From Convolutriloba macropyga (taxonomy: Eukaryota), in NCBI RefSeq assembly GCF_964194025.1, contig NC_134482.1, forward strand, positions 1,178,001-1,242,000: a stretch of DNA of 64,000 nt, in the 5' to 3' direction. The position numbers and the translations under genes are program-made. A model generated the notes under the pieces. It worked only from the letters and a program-made list of their open reading frames with translations. It did no database searches and had not been told where the DNA came from. Below, in pieces: positions 52,001 through 64,000 of the stretch; the stretch's first letter is position 1, and each line of letters starts with the position of its first letter.

Positions 52001-53805
52001 TGTGGTTTAAGCGATGTTTGTTGTCTTGTTTAATTTATTGAAACAGATCTTCCATTAAGGTTTTCAATAAATGTTCGGAAACATTTTTTCGGGTTTTTGT
52101 TAACTACTATGTCTAAAGATATAAAAATGGCATTCTTTTTCTAATTTTTCAAGAAGATTTTGTTGCGCTGTTGGTATTTGTTAATTGATGTGCAATACAA
52201 TTGATGTGAAATGTAAATTTAATTTTGCTCAATGTCTCTTTAATAGCCGCACAGCAATAGCTGGGGCTATTATTGGCCTTCGCTTGATTTTTTACAATTC
52301 AAAGACTTTTTACAATTCAGAGAATTTGAATTGTATTAGGGCGCTGTCTTTTTTCTTTTTTTAAAGATCTGTTCACACATTTTCATGATTTTTGAAGTCA
52401 AATTGGAGTAGTGATTAATAGCCGCACAGCGCTAGCTGGGGCTATTATTGGCCTTCTTTCGGTTTTTTATTTCGTCGTCGCGATTTTACGACCATATGAC
52501 GTCACAACCACTTCAAATCTGCTTTTTGTGCATTCGGTCACGCAATTTCAACTGAAGTGCATGTGTGACGTCATTTTCCGCTCTTAGTGGAGCAATTTTT
52601 TTGTCCATTTGCGTGATTAACTTTTTGGTCACACTTGACTTACCTCACTCTCAAAAATGACTTCCTGACTCTAAAATTGGCTTCTCTTTACTATAATTCA
52701 AAGAGATAAGGTCAAATGAGTGCGTGTGACTCTAAATGAAGGTTATTTAAAAGCAGCTATTAGAGGCAGCGAAAATTTATACAGATTTTTAATCAAAATA
52801 TAACATATCAGCCTTCAATGAAAAGACGAATTTTTTGGTCAGTCTTTTACCGTTTTTTTGAGATTGCAGATCTACAGAGCTTTTGCGGCTATTTTCTGGC
52901 AATCTGCCAATTATGTTTTTCGTCACGCCGAAAAAGGAAATGGAGTGAAAAAGCAATTGGTTTTGAGCCGTGAAATTTTTTCGCTCTAACTTTAGAGTAG
53001 AGTGAGAAAACGGTGTTTGAACAAAAATTCGCTTTCTCGCTAGTGGATTTTTGTTCACCGTTTTTTTTCAATTGTTTTGGATAGGATTTTTTAATATGGT
53101 TTTCCCCAATCCATTCATAGGTCATTTAAGCCTAGTTTTTTGTTTGAGCCAAATTTCCATTTCTCTCCGCGTTTTTCGTTCACACGCGGCATTTTGACAT
53201 TGATTTTCAGTTTTTTGTTTTGTTTGATCTGATTTGTTTAGAAATAGTTTTCCCAATTCAGTTATACTTCATTTTGGGTCTAGATTTTTGTTTAGTCTAT
53301 GGAAATTCTTTGAATTGTACATCAGGACTTGTCCTGCTATGTTTTTTATTTCGACCGTCATGATTTTTGTTACGACCATATGACGTCACAACCACTTCAA
53401 ATCTGCTTTTTGTTCATTCATTCATGCAATTTTAACCAGAGTGCGTGTGTGACGTTATTTTTTGCTCTTCGTGGAGCGAGTTTTCGTTCATTCGCGTGAT
53501 TAAATTTTTGGTCACACTTGACTTACCTCACTCTCAAAAATGACTTCCTCACTTTGAAATAGACTTATTTACTTTAATTCAAAGATAAGGTCAAATGGAT
53601 GTGTGTCACTCTAAATGAAGGCTATTTGAAAGCAGCTAATAGAGGCAGCAAAAACTTATCCAGATTTTTTATCAAAATATAACATATCAGCCTTCAATGA
53701 AAAGACGTTTTTTTGGTCTGTCTTTTTTTACTGTTTTTGTTTGACACTGCAAATCTACTAAGCTATTGCCGCTATTTTTTGGCAATCTGACAGCTATATT
53801 TCGGT
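40078..53805. repeat. Young mosaic tandem array (modules A ~1.2 kb, B HINE body, C ~0.5 kb; B+C period ~914 bp, A+B period ~1668 bp)
   Basis: Marker gaccatatgacgtcacaaccac recurs near 41353, 42240, 43154, 44069, 45956, 46833, 48932, 50822, 52490, 53374; module A starts near 40078, 44681, 49546, 51213 (partial at 47748); identical translated ORFs at 40431/45037 and 49966/51634. Confidence 0.97.
41278..41783 (+). mobile_element. HINE/DINE-1-like element embedded in the array (full copies also from ~45884 and ~52425)
   Basis: 5' hairpin TAATAGCC-GCA-CAGC-GCTA-GCTG-G-GGCTATTA; subTIR AATAGCCGC / GCGGCTATT; 3' hairpin TGGCA-ATC-TGCCA then TTATGTTTTT; empty site visible at 33895-33930. Confidence 0.7.
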
Positions 53806-54152
53806 TTTCGTTGATTTATTCCTCTTTGAGCATATCAGATGCCATAGTTATGGGACACAATTAGAAAAACTGCGAGCATATAAACATTAAAGTATTAAAA
53901 TTTATTTTAATTTTGCTCAATGTCTTTTTCAGTTATCAGGTGCCATTGTTATGAGATGCCATAGTTATGAGGACACAATTGAAGAACTGCTCTTTTTTAT
54001 AATCTTTGAAAACAATACCTTTAGTTTAAAAATTATAATTTTTAATTCATGAATAAATTGGCGAACGTTTTCTTATCTGTAGATGGTAAAATTTCGTGTC
54101 AAGATGCAATGCCTTGAGCACTAATTTGGTGTAAAAGTTCAGAATGATATCT

Positions 54153-54279
54153 ATTTTGCACTGTTTTCTGCAATTTTGCACTGTTTTCTCCCATTTTGCA
54201 CTGTTTTCTCCCATTTTGCACTGTTTTCTCCCATTTTGCACTGTTTTCTCCCATTTTGCACTGTTTTCTGCAATTTTGC
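54153..54279. repeat. 20-bp minisatellite (ATTTTGCACTGTTTTCTCCC) x ~6
   Basis: Directly visible tandem repeat. Confidence 0.97.
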
Positions 54280-55014
54280 TGTCATGTCTTGTGTTTTTCC
54301 AATAGACTTTACTTTCAGAAACTGTGGGATTCAAAGTCCTCTCTGGTTTAAGATTAGCTGCTGTTTAAGGATAAGATTGGTCAGAGCATTATGCGAACGA
54401 GCTTTATCGAGAATGTTTTAACTTTGGAAATAAAACTATTTAAGTTACTTTGACTACAAATATTTGGGCTGTTCAATTTTTTAGTCAAGAGGGTTTTTAT
54501 TACTGTAGCTGCACAAAGGTGTCGCAGCTAATTTGCGGCAATTCTGTCTGCTGTTTTAAGATACTCATAGGCAACGTCTGACACCCTTCTATTTCGTTTT
54601 CTTATAAAACTTCGAAATAAGAGCGCTTTCCATGCTTTCAGATTTTACGTTTCGTCATTCTCAGTTTGTTGCTTAAAACTTTTTTTGCTTTTGGTTATCG
54701 AAAAACGATAAGATGGTGAGACGTGTGCACATGTTTCGGACGAACTTTTTTTATATCTCGAAATTTTTTGCAACTTTTTTGTGTACTTATGAAACTTTTG
54801 GTTGGCTAGGCTTGATAGCTTCAAAGTGATGCTACAATAACTGTTTTGTGTTTTTTTAAATTATATCAAGAAAATTTGTGCTGTTTTTGAAATATAAAGA
54901 CAATGGTTAACGTAAACATTAAAGCTATAATATTTACTGCAAATATAGACAAATTGTACAAGCAATATTGTAAACTAATATACTGCTACGTATATATTTT
55001 TAGCTTTTTTGTAA

Positions 55015-55221
55015 TTATTGAGTTCTCGTTGTCTGATTGGCTGAATGTTCTGGTCTAATTTGGACACTAGTTGGGAGATAAATGAGCTCCTGTTCTGATC
55101 CACAGATTTCTACTTCTATCTGTTGCCACACACTCTCGCAAATTGTGGTGTTTTGGGGGATTATAACTGCCACGTTTTTGGACGAGGTCTCTATTTGCAA
55201 ATGATCACCCATTTTGTCAAC
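55015..55221 (-). CDS. Secreted Cys-containing protein B (paralog of A), coding exon 2
   Basis: Acceptor ttgttttag, phase 0; VDKMGDHLQIETSSKNVAVIIPQNTTICESVWQQIEVEICGSEQELIYLPTSVQIRP...*. Confidence 0.85.
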   Translation of the reverse strand, partial: VDKMGDHLQIETSSKNVAVIIPQNTTICESVWQQIEVEICGSEQELIYLPTSVQIRPEHSANQTTRTQ

Positions 55222-56176
55222 CTAAAACAATAAGGATCAGATCAATTATATTTTCACATTTTTGGAACAAGAAAACATCTAATAACAAGCTGTTCATAGT
55301 TTTACCAGTCATAAGTAATATTTACATTCTATTTTTCGAACTTTTTCGTGACTTGAATTGTGATAAGATATAGGCGATGCAAAATATGTTTTTTTTGTGC
55401 ATCACTATTTAAGTACAGTAAAAATTAACAGCAAATATCTATCAATTTAAAAAGTGCCGTGAGAAATTAGCTGAAAAGAACAAAATCCGTATTAACTTGG
55501 TTCATGAGATAGTTGTTCAAATCAGCCAAAGTTTGTTGCTATATTCCTTGTGCGTTTTGATTAAGCATATCATACCGTTTTAAACTTAAACCTAATGTAG
55601 AACTTTTTTTTACAAATGAAAATAATGATAATGGCAGAAGTATAGGAAAATTGGTATAAACTTTTAAAAGGTATATTTGAAGAGAATGTACATGCGAAAA
55701 GCACCAAAATCTGACACAAGTAGCAAAAGTTCTACAGAAAGCAGGAAAAAATAACAACGTGAGTAGCTGATGAATTTGAATTTTTAACCAAACTTTTGAT
55801 TTTAAATTTAAGGAAAATTTAATCACTTGTTAAGTTTTGGTATTATATTTTCCTGGTGTCACCTATAGTAAATTTGTGTAAAATGCCTGTTAGGCAATGA
55901 GCGAAGCTTGCAGAAGGAAATGCATTTCAGTTCCCTCAACTTCAAAATAGGTCAAAAATTGTCTCAATTTAATATATCGTAACAGCACCTTTTGTGAAAC
56001 TGTACTCGCTATATTACCTTTGATATCAGCCCGTTTTGAAAAAGCTCTTGAATTTTGTTATAATTGTTCACAGATTTTAATTCGCAAATGCTGCAAGTCA
56101 ATATTTTGAAAATTGAGTGCTTGAGTTGTTTCTTAAATGATTTCAAAAATTTTTTGAAGATTATTATGATTCTTAC

Positions 56177-56476
56177 CTGAAAGCAATAAACTTGCGAGCA
56201 TTTTGGGTGTTTAATTCCATTTATGCACTCGACATGGCTGCCCAGCCTAGATTGGAACTCAGGGTGTAACAGAAGCCCACTTCGTTTCAATAGCTGTTTC
56301 TCGACTTCCAAATATTTTCCATGTTTGTAAGAGTTGTTCAGATCCTTCACAAATTTTCTGGTTTCAGAGCAGTGCGCGTTAGTTGATTGACTAGTAAAAG
56401 CCACTGCTGTTTTGAGTGCAGCTCCTAACATAACAAAAGTTTGAATTATTAACTGGAAATTATTAAGTTTACACAT
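56177..56476 (-). CDS. Secreted Cys-containing protein B, coding exon 1 (signal peptide)
   Basis: MCKLNNFQLIIQTFVMLGAALKTAVA|F..AHCSETRKFVKDLNNSYKHGKYLEVEKQLLKR...PKCSQVYCFQ; exactly 100 codons, then donor GTAAGA at 56176. Confidence 0.85.
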
Positions 56477-57471
56477 TTTTGAACCGGTTATCGGTGCTAA
56501 AAAATGTTGGGCTATTGTTAAAGATATTTTGGGCTAAATATTTTCTTGGAGGCTTTTTATGCCGCTGTTTTTGTTTGTTTTTAGGTGTTAAATGAAAAAT
56601 AAAAGTTACCTGTTCGCTCCATTCGCAATATTGAATGAAGTTGATCGTTTCACGCAAAAACTGCGAAAGTTTACACCTGACATTATCATCAGATAAACGT
56701 CACTTTTTAAGTTGTTTTAATTTATACAGACGATTTCTTTGCTTAATTGAGCTAGAACTTAAAAGTTAATCTGACTTTCTTTCGAATTGTTTACCAAGCT
56801 TGTTGTATTAATCACTACTGTTTATGATAGTTAGCTGGTAGTTTTATTGAATTACCATTGCCATAATGGTTATTACTTCGAACACAATCGATGGTGTGAG
56901 CTCTCAAAAATAACATAGATATAATCCATTAAAGCAGTATTCGTTGAAACAGTCATAAAATAATGTTTTGGTGATTGCGGTAGTCAGTGGTCTTAATTCG
57001 CTGCTGTTGATTTCACTTCTTCAAGACAAGCTGTAAGCGCAACTTAGATTCTGGTAACTTTTGCGCCATTATGTTGATATAATTACATCATTGTAAAGAA
57101 CCATCTCTCGTAGTGTACTTTACTTGCGACGGGGCCAAAAATATTTTCTCTAGCATGTTGTGTTACGATGATGTCATGTAAAAACGGGATTGATTTGGTG
57201 GCGCTCGAAAACGAACCGAAAGGCAGAACCATTAGTATTACTTACTATTAGTCATAATTTAAAGCCATTCTTTTTCAAAGTTTTGCAAGTTTGACTGTAA
57301 TTGTTATTGAATGCGTGTGATCAAATGTCGTTTTTGTGTGACGTCAAATATGCACTCCCCGATTGTATCAAATAATTGAATTGATCGATTAAATGATACA
57401 ACAGCGATGAAAGCCAGTACTTCCAAGTCAGCTTTCAATTTTTTAGGTGTTGACAACTATGGCGTGATTAG

Positions 57472-60400
57472 TGACGTTTAACATTATCGCTGATTTTTTT
57501 TTATGACTCACTGGAGTAATAACACAGTGTTCTAACTTGAACCTTAGCCGAAAAAATTAACAGTGGTTTCAGCATGAAATAGTAGTTTTATGGCTCGAAT
57601 ATTAAAGAGCTTATCAATCATCGGTTCTCCTAGACAGCTAATAATCTCGGGGTCGGATTTATTACTTAAATAATTTGAAAGCTTCACTTCTGAGGTATGG
57701 TTTGTTCTAGACAACTGAATTTTGGCCGAAAAGGATCTCACTGGCATTTGAGAACTTCTAATCAAGATACTGCTGAAATTGCCTCAGATTAATTTTTTCT
57801 TTTTGATTGTGTAATGAATTTGCGTGTCTTTTCGTATTGAGCAGCGGGAGTAGTAATAGAGTGTTGTGTATCAATACTAGGGGGTCCACGGTGTGTAAAA
57901 AGCGACCCCTCAGTTTTGGCCGAAAATTTGATGATCTCTGATCGAGAGACTACGGTATTGGAACAGCAACGCCATGGGGGTCTCTCTCGGTTTCCTTCAG
58001 CAAAAACCAAGTTTGTAATACCCCCATCAATTTCATCTCTCGTAACGCGGTTATTCATTTAAAGAGCATGTCAATTTTAGCTAACGTCTGTTTACTGCAA
58101 CTACAATTTGTGAAATGATCTTGCCAAATGGATTTCTTCCAAACGCTTGTTTCGAGTTCGTCTTCATATAATGTCCCATCGCGCCCAAGCGCTTTTCAGG
58201 AAAATTTTAGGCGGATATATTTACAAGTAAACGTTTAGAGGTGATCGTTTTTTTACACACCGTGGACCCCCCCCCTTCTCCCTAGTATTGATACACAGCA
58301 CTCCTATTACTACTAGCGAAATAAACTGGTCAACCCTGAAGTCATCAAGTCACTGAGCAGTTCTCTCAGAGCCTTACTAGTCTGTCCCTACTAGCTATTC
58401 CCTGAAAATGTTGAAGCTTCATAAATTTATAGGTCCAAGGGCAGTTTTTAAAGTTTGGCCCCCTCTCGCACTGCTCGTATAGGCGTAATCTCTGTGAAAA
58501 AAAATAAGGGGTGGATACCTCCCTTTTTGTCCCGTGTTATTTTTTCCTGGCCCACCCCACATTCTTGTCACCACCTCATAATTGAAGATAAGCACTCAGC
58601 CTAAGCTAGCGAAATACAAAGCCAACTCCTCGGTTATAGTTTATGATATCATGTATTTATATTCATTAATTCTAGTCCAGGTCCAACAATTTGACAGGAA
58701 GATTATTGAAACAAAGTGAAAGCTAAAATTTGAGCGGAATCTTTTGAGACAGGTGAAGAGCTCTTTAATCATGTAATGTTAAACAATGTTCTACCGTCAA
58801 ACCTCGATCAATTTTCAGATTTTTAGATTTTCAACTTAGTGCATAGGATCAGGAATATATTTGATTGTTTTTGATAGCTGTCGAACGATGGCTGAAGCAA
58901 TTATTGTGAACATGCCTGAATTTTAAGTAAAATTTTGGCTTATTTTGCTGTTTTTACTTTTTGAGTCACTTTTTCGCCCTTGACCTCGGCATTCGCGTGA
59001 TTTAATGCTGCATCGCATTCACAAGTGCCAGCACTTGAACCCAAATGGTGGCAGGTTTCTACTATTTTTTGGACAATTTATTGACGTTTAACATTATCGC
59101 TGATTTTTTTATGACTCACTGGAGTAATAACAGTGTTCTAACTTGAACCTTAGCCGAAAAAATTAACAGTGGTTTCAGCATGAAATAGTAGTTTTATGGC
59201 TCGAATATTAAAGAGCTTATCAATCATCGGTTCTCCTAGACAGCTAATAATCTCGGGGTCGGATTTATTACTTAAATAATTTGAAAGCTTCACTTCTGAG
59301 GTATGGTTTGTTCTAGACAACTGAATTTTGGCCAAAAAGGATCTCACTGGCATTTGAGAACTTCTAATCAAGATACTGCTGAAATTGCCTCAGATTAATT
59401 TTTTCTTTTTGATTGTGTAATGAATTTGCGTGTCTTTTCGTATTGAGCAGCGGGAGTAGTAATAGAGTGTTGTGTATCAATACTAGGGGGTCCACGGTGT
59501 GTAAAAAGCGACCCCTCAGTTTTGGCCGAAAATTTGATGATCTCTGATCGAGAGACTACGGTATTGGAACAGCAACGCCATGGGGGTCTCTCTCGGTTTC
59601 CTTCAGCAAAAAAATGTTGAAGCTTCATAAATTTATAGGTCCAAGGGCAGTTTTTAAAGTTTGGCCCCCTCTCGCACTGCTCGTATAGGCGTAATCTCTG
59701 TGAAAAAAAAATAAGGGGTGGAGACCTCCCTTTTTGTCCCGTGTTATTTTTTCCTGGCCCACCCCACATTCTTGTCACCCTCATAATTGAAGATAAGCAC
59801 TCAGCCTAAGCTAGCGAAATACAAAGCCAACTCCTCGGTTATAGTTTATGATATGTATTTATATTCATTAATTCTAGTCCAGGTCCAGCAATTTGACAGG
59901 AAGATTATTGAAACAAAGTGAAAGCTAAAATTTAAGCGGAATCTTTTGAGACAGGTGAAGAGCTCTTTAATCATGTAATGTTAAACAATGTTCTACCGTC
60001 AAACCTCGATCAATTTTCAGATTTTTAGATTTTCAACTTAGTGCATAGGATCAGGAATATATTTGATTGTTTTTGATAGCTGTCGAACGATGGCTGAAGC
60101 AATTATTGTGAACATGCCTGAATTTTAAGTAAAATTTAGGCTTATTTTGCTGTTTTTACTTTTTGAGTCACTTTTTCGCCCTTGACCTCGGCATTCGCGT
60201 GATTTAATGCTGCATCGCATTCACAAGTGCCAGCACTTGAACCCAAATGGTGGCAGGTTTCTACTATTTTTTTGGACAATTTATTGACGTTTAACATTAT
60301 TGCTGATTTTTTTATGACTCACTGGAGTAATAACAGTGTTCTAACTTGAACCTTAGCCGAAAAAATTAACAGTGGTTTCAGCATGAAATAGTAGTTTTAT

Positions 60401-61494
60401 GGCTCGAATATTAAAGAGCTTATCAATCATCGGTTCTCCTAGACAGCTAATAATCTCGGGGTCGGATTTATTACTTAAATAATTTGAAAGCTTCACTTCT
60501 GAGGTATGGTTTGTTCTAGACAACTGAATTTTGGCCAAAAAGGATCTCACTGGCATTTGAGAACTTCTAATCAAGATACTGCTGAAATTGCCTCAGATTA
60601 ATTTTTTCTTCTTTTTGATTGTGTAATGAATTTGCGTGTCTTTTCGTATTGAGCAGCGGGAGTAGTAATAGAGTGTTGTGTATCAATACTAGGGGGTCCA
60701 CGGTGTGTAAAAAGCGACCCCTCAGTTTTGGCCGAAAATTTGATGATCTCTGATCGAGAGACTACGGTATTGGAACAGCAACGCCATGGGGGTCTCTCTC
60801 GGTTTCCTTCAGCAAAAAAATGTTGAAGCTTCATAAATTTATAGGTCCAAGGGCAGTTTTTAAAGTTTGGCCCCCTCTCGCACTGCTCGTATAGGCGTAA
60901 TCTCTGTGAAAAAAAAATAAGGGGTGGATACCTCCCTTTTTGTCCCGTGTTATTTTTTCCTGGCCCACCCCACATTCTTGTCACCCTCATAATTGAAGAT
61001 AAGCACTCAGCCTAAGCTAGCGAAATACAAAGCCAACTCCTCGGTTATAGTTTATGATATCATGTATTTATATTCATTAATTCTAGTCCAGGTCCAACAA
61101 TTTGACAGGAAGATTATTGAAACAAAGTGAAAGCTAAAATTTAAGCGGAATCTTTTGAGACAGGTGAAGAGCTCTTTAATCATGTAATGTTAAACAATGT
61201 TCTACCGTCAAACCTCGATCAATTTTCAGATTTTTAGATTTTCAACTTAGTGCATAGGATCAGGAATATATTTGATTGTTTTTGATAGCTGTCGAACGAT
61301 GGCTGAAGCAATTATTGTGAACATGCCTGAATTTTAAGTAAAATTTAGGCTTATTTTGCTGTTTTTACTTTTTGAGTCACTTTTTCGCCCTTGACCTCGG
61401 CATTCGCGTGATTTAATGCTGCATCGCATTCACAAGTGCCAGCACTTGAACCCAAATGGTGGCAGGTTTCTACTATTTTTTGGACAATTTATTG
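57472..61494. repeat. Tandem array of three near-identical units (1610, 1203, 1210 bp)
   Basis: Units start tgacgtttaacattat at 57472, 59082, 60285; units 2 and 3 lack ~58007-58404. Confidence 0.97.
57849..58314. mobile_element. ~466-bp MITE with ~55-bp TIRs (probable TA target)
   Basis: agtagtaatagagtgttgtgtatcaatactaggg..gtccacggtgtgtaaaa versus ttttacacaccgtggaccc..ccctagtattgatacacagcactcctattactact. Confidence 0.75.
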
Positions 61495-61802
61495 GTCCAC
61501 CTGACGACGCAGGGGGCAATTGATTAGACGCAAAAGATTAGACGCGATATCAAAATTCGATTTTCTTACGTACACTAGCATATAGATTTCACGACCTGGT
61601 TACCGAGAACTTTCATTTTTGAGACAAATTTTTGGCTAGTATGGTCACAATTTTTGCCTCTTTTAAAATCGCAAAGGGAAATAAACGGATAGAGTTCTTA
61701 AACTAAGACGCAGGTCGTTTGTCAGAATGATCAATATTCTTAGTCTAGGTAACCTTATCAAGGAAAGAGGAAAAAACCAAACAAATTTGAAATGTATTGT
61801 TG

Positions 61803-61867
61803 ATCTTCGTTGCGTCAAATCTTCGTTGCGTCAAATCTTCGTTGCGTCAAATCTTCGTTGTGTCAAA
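61803..61867. repeat. 16-bp tandem repeat (ATCTTCGTTGCGTCAA) x4
   Basis: Directly visible tandem repeat. Confidence 0.95.
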
Positions 61868-63230
61868 GTACAAAGCACATTTTTTTGTTTAAAATTTGCT
61901 ATACATAGAAGCACTTCTTCACTTGTTTAGATGTTTAATTTTACAGTAGAATAACAGAATAAGAACATAACAGCAGGAACGGCCAGAACTTGGGAAAAAA
62001 CAATGAAATTCTTTTAACCACCTTGACCTTTAACCACCTTGAGTTAGATCAACTTTGTTGCTGGCGCTGAAAAAAATGGTCTCATTTTGTTAAGCTGTCC
62101 AATTTAATGAATGTTAAGTTTTATAAGAGCCCTTTATATGTTTTCACCACTCCAAATAATATAAACAGGTAATCTTTTTAGTGAGGTAAAAATGGTTTTC
62201 TATTTTCTGCAAACTAACCAATAGCAATTCTTCCTGTTAGTTAAAGGTTCTGTGAGAGTATACTTTGCTAAATTGATGACATTTGGGGAATTTGTAACAA
62301 GAAAAATGGAAAAAGCTGGCATTTAAGAGAAAAACCAGGAAAAATGTTAGCTTTTTAAACACTGTCAACGTTCTGAATTAATAGTTGGTTAACTTTGATG
62401 CACTTTCTCCAATTCATTCAATATTGCTTGAATCACCAAATTACAATTAGTCGAGTAAATATTATATTTTAGAAAACAATTAAATGATAAAAATTAGTCG
62501 CTTATTTACATGTTACTCCTTGCGTGTAAACTGATCGCTGCATTTTGTTTTTTTTTTAAAATTACCGTCTCTCTTTGTTTAATATAATTTTTGTTTTGCG
62601 ACTGGTTGCTGTTGTTGATTTTTAACTTTTTAAAAATTTGTTTTATCGCAAAATAATTGACATTGCATGTCGTTTTACATCGGTTAAAATCATATGAAAT
62701 TAAGGGCTCTGAGATTTTTGTTCCGACCCCTCTTGAGGGGGGAAGAACTATATACTCAACTGGTTTTTTTTTGTTCAGTCAATTTTGGCCGATCGCTATA
62801 TTCATCGTAGAGAGTTGAGACTGGTATCATAAGAAAGCTTGTCCAGCGTAAAATTTGGAATTAAAAAGATTTTTTGATTTTCGTTTTTAACAGGGAGATA
62901 TCGAGGTTTAAACTTTCGAGAAAATAAAGTGAATTCCGTTGAAATCATTCACCTTTTTTCGGAATTTTTGACTAAAATTTTGCCAATTTTGATAAAATTT
63001 AAATTTTTCATGAAATTGTTGTTGATTTTACGTTTAAACACAAAATACATTGTCGGTTATTTACATTGATATTTTTTGTCACAAATTCCGGCTAAAAATT
63101 TTTTCATCAAAAACAGCACGAAATAAGTTTCTTTAGTCCAGTCTGATTAAATTCGCAGGAAATGCACACCCAAACACCACTAACACAATCTTTGTAGACT
63201 GATAAGGGGGCTAATTTATTTTCAACTTCC

Positions 63231-64000
63231 GTGTTGTGTATCAATACTAGGGGGTCCACGGTGTGTAAAAAGCGACCACTCAGTTTTGGCCGAAAATTTG
63301 ATGATCTCTGATCGAGAGACTACGGTATTGGAACAGCAACGCCATGGGGGTCTCTCTCGGTTTCCTTCAGCAAAAACCAAGTTTGTAATACCCCCATCAA
63401 TTTCATCTCTCGTAACGCGGTTATTCATTTAAAGAGCATGTCAATTTTAGCTAACGTCTGTTTACTGCAACTACAATTTGTGAAATGATCTTGCCAAATG
63501 GATTTCTTCCAAACGCTTGTTTCGAGTTCGTCTTCATATAATGTCCCATCGCGCCCAAGCGCTTTTCAGGAAAATTTTAGGCGGATATATTTACAAGTAA
63601 ACGTTTAGAGGTGATCGTTTTTTTACACACCGTGGACCCCCCCCCCCCCCCCTTCTCCCTAGTATTGATACACAGCACTCCTATTACTACTAGCGAAATA
63701 AACTGGTCAACCCTGAAGTCATCAAGTCACTGAGCAGTTCTCTCAGAGCCTTACTAGTCTGTCCCTACTAGCTATTCCCTGAAAATGTTGAAGCTTCATA
63801 AATTTATAGGTCCAAGGGCAGTTTTTAAAGTTTGGCCCCCTCTCGCACTGCTCGTATAGGCGTAATCTCTGTGAAAAAAAAATAAGGGGTGGATACCTCC
63901 CTTTTTGTCCCGTGTTATTTTTTCCTGGCCCACCCCACATTCTTGTCACCACCTCATAATTGAAGATAAGCACTCAGCCTAAGCTAGCGAAATACAAAGC
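63231..64000. repeat. Fourth, partial copy of the 57.5-kb unit (long form, retains the MITE right TIR), runs off the window
   Basis: Near-identical to ~57861-58622. Confidence 0.95.

Noticed and set aside
40431-53125. Many recurring 60-120 aa ORFs in the large array
   Set aside because: They recur only because the DNA is repeated, mostly use non-ATG starts, are broken by homopolymer indels between copies, and show no domain motifs.
40078-53805. CRISPR-like repeat/spacer interpretation of the recurring short motifs
   Set aside because: The intervening sequences are themselves repeated rather than unique, periods are 0.9-1.7 kb, there are no cas genes, and the context is eukaryotic.
54047-54421. 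ORFs with ENSAKWEKTVQN / HCFLPFCTVF repeats
   Set aside because: Translations of a 20-bp minisatellite.
62640-63230. Possible non-autonomous DNA transposon
   Set aside because: The composition is suggestive, but no TIR pair or TSD could be defined.
57544-63973. Recurring ORFs (MIRSSQMP..., ...RERPPWRCC...) in the second array
   Set aside because: They span MITE and deletion junctions and change between copies; no protein signature.

Overview
AT-rich, intron-containing, repeat-dominated animal (invertebrate-type) DNA; no prokaryotic operons or CRISPR. About 0-27 kb is a graveyard of decayed retroelements: a minus-strand Gypsy pol relic followed by two tandem macrodomain-like relics, a Penelope fragment, four same-strand CR1/L2-type LINEs, and a full-length Mag-like Gypsy LTR element nested in one LINE. 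Three intact spliced genes could be assembled by hand with matching intron phases. (1) A highly divergent 312-aa POU-class gene (27622-36231, +), whose POU-specific domain is split by a 7.5-kb intron and whose homeodomain has lost the canonical V47/C50/N51 residues. (2, 3) Two paralogous ~167-aa secreted, Cys-containing proteins of no family I recognise (36646-38409 and 55015-56476, both -), with different intron positions. The POU intron holds a Penelope element with a PHD-finger-like insert inside its RT, hammerhead-like motifs, and a cluster of Helentron-associated (HINE/DINE-1-like) elements, one carrying a tRNA-like unit. Two young tandem arrays fill 40.1-53.8 kb (HINE-containing mosaic) and 57.5-64 kb (about 1.2-1.6 kb unit). 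All family assignments come from motif recognition by eye, without database searches.
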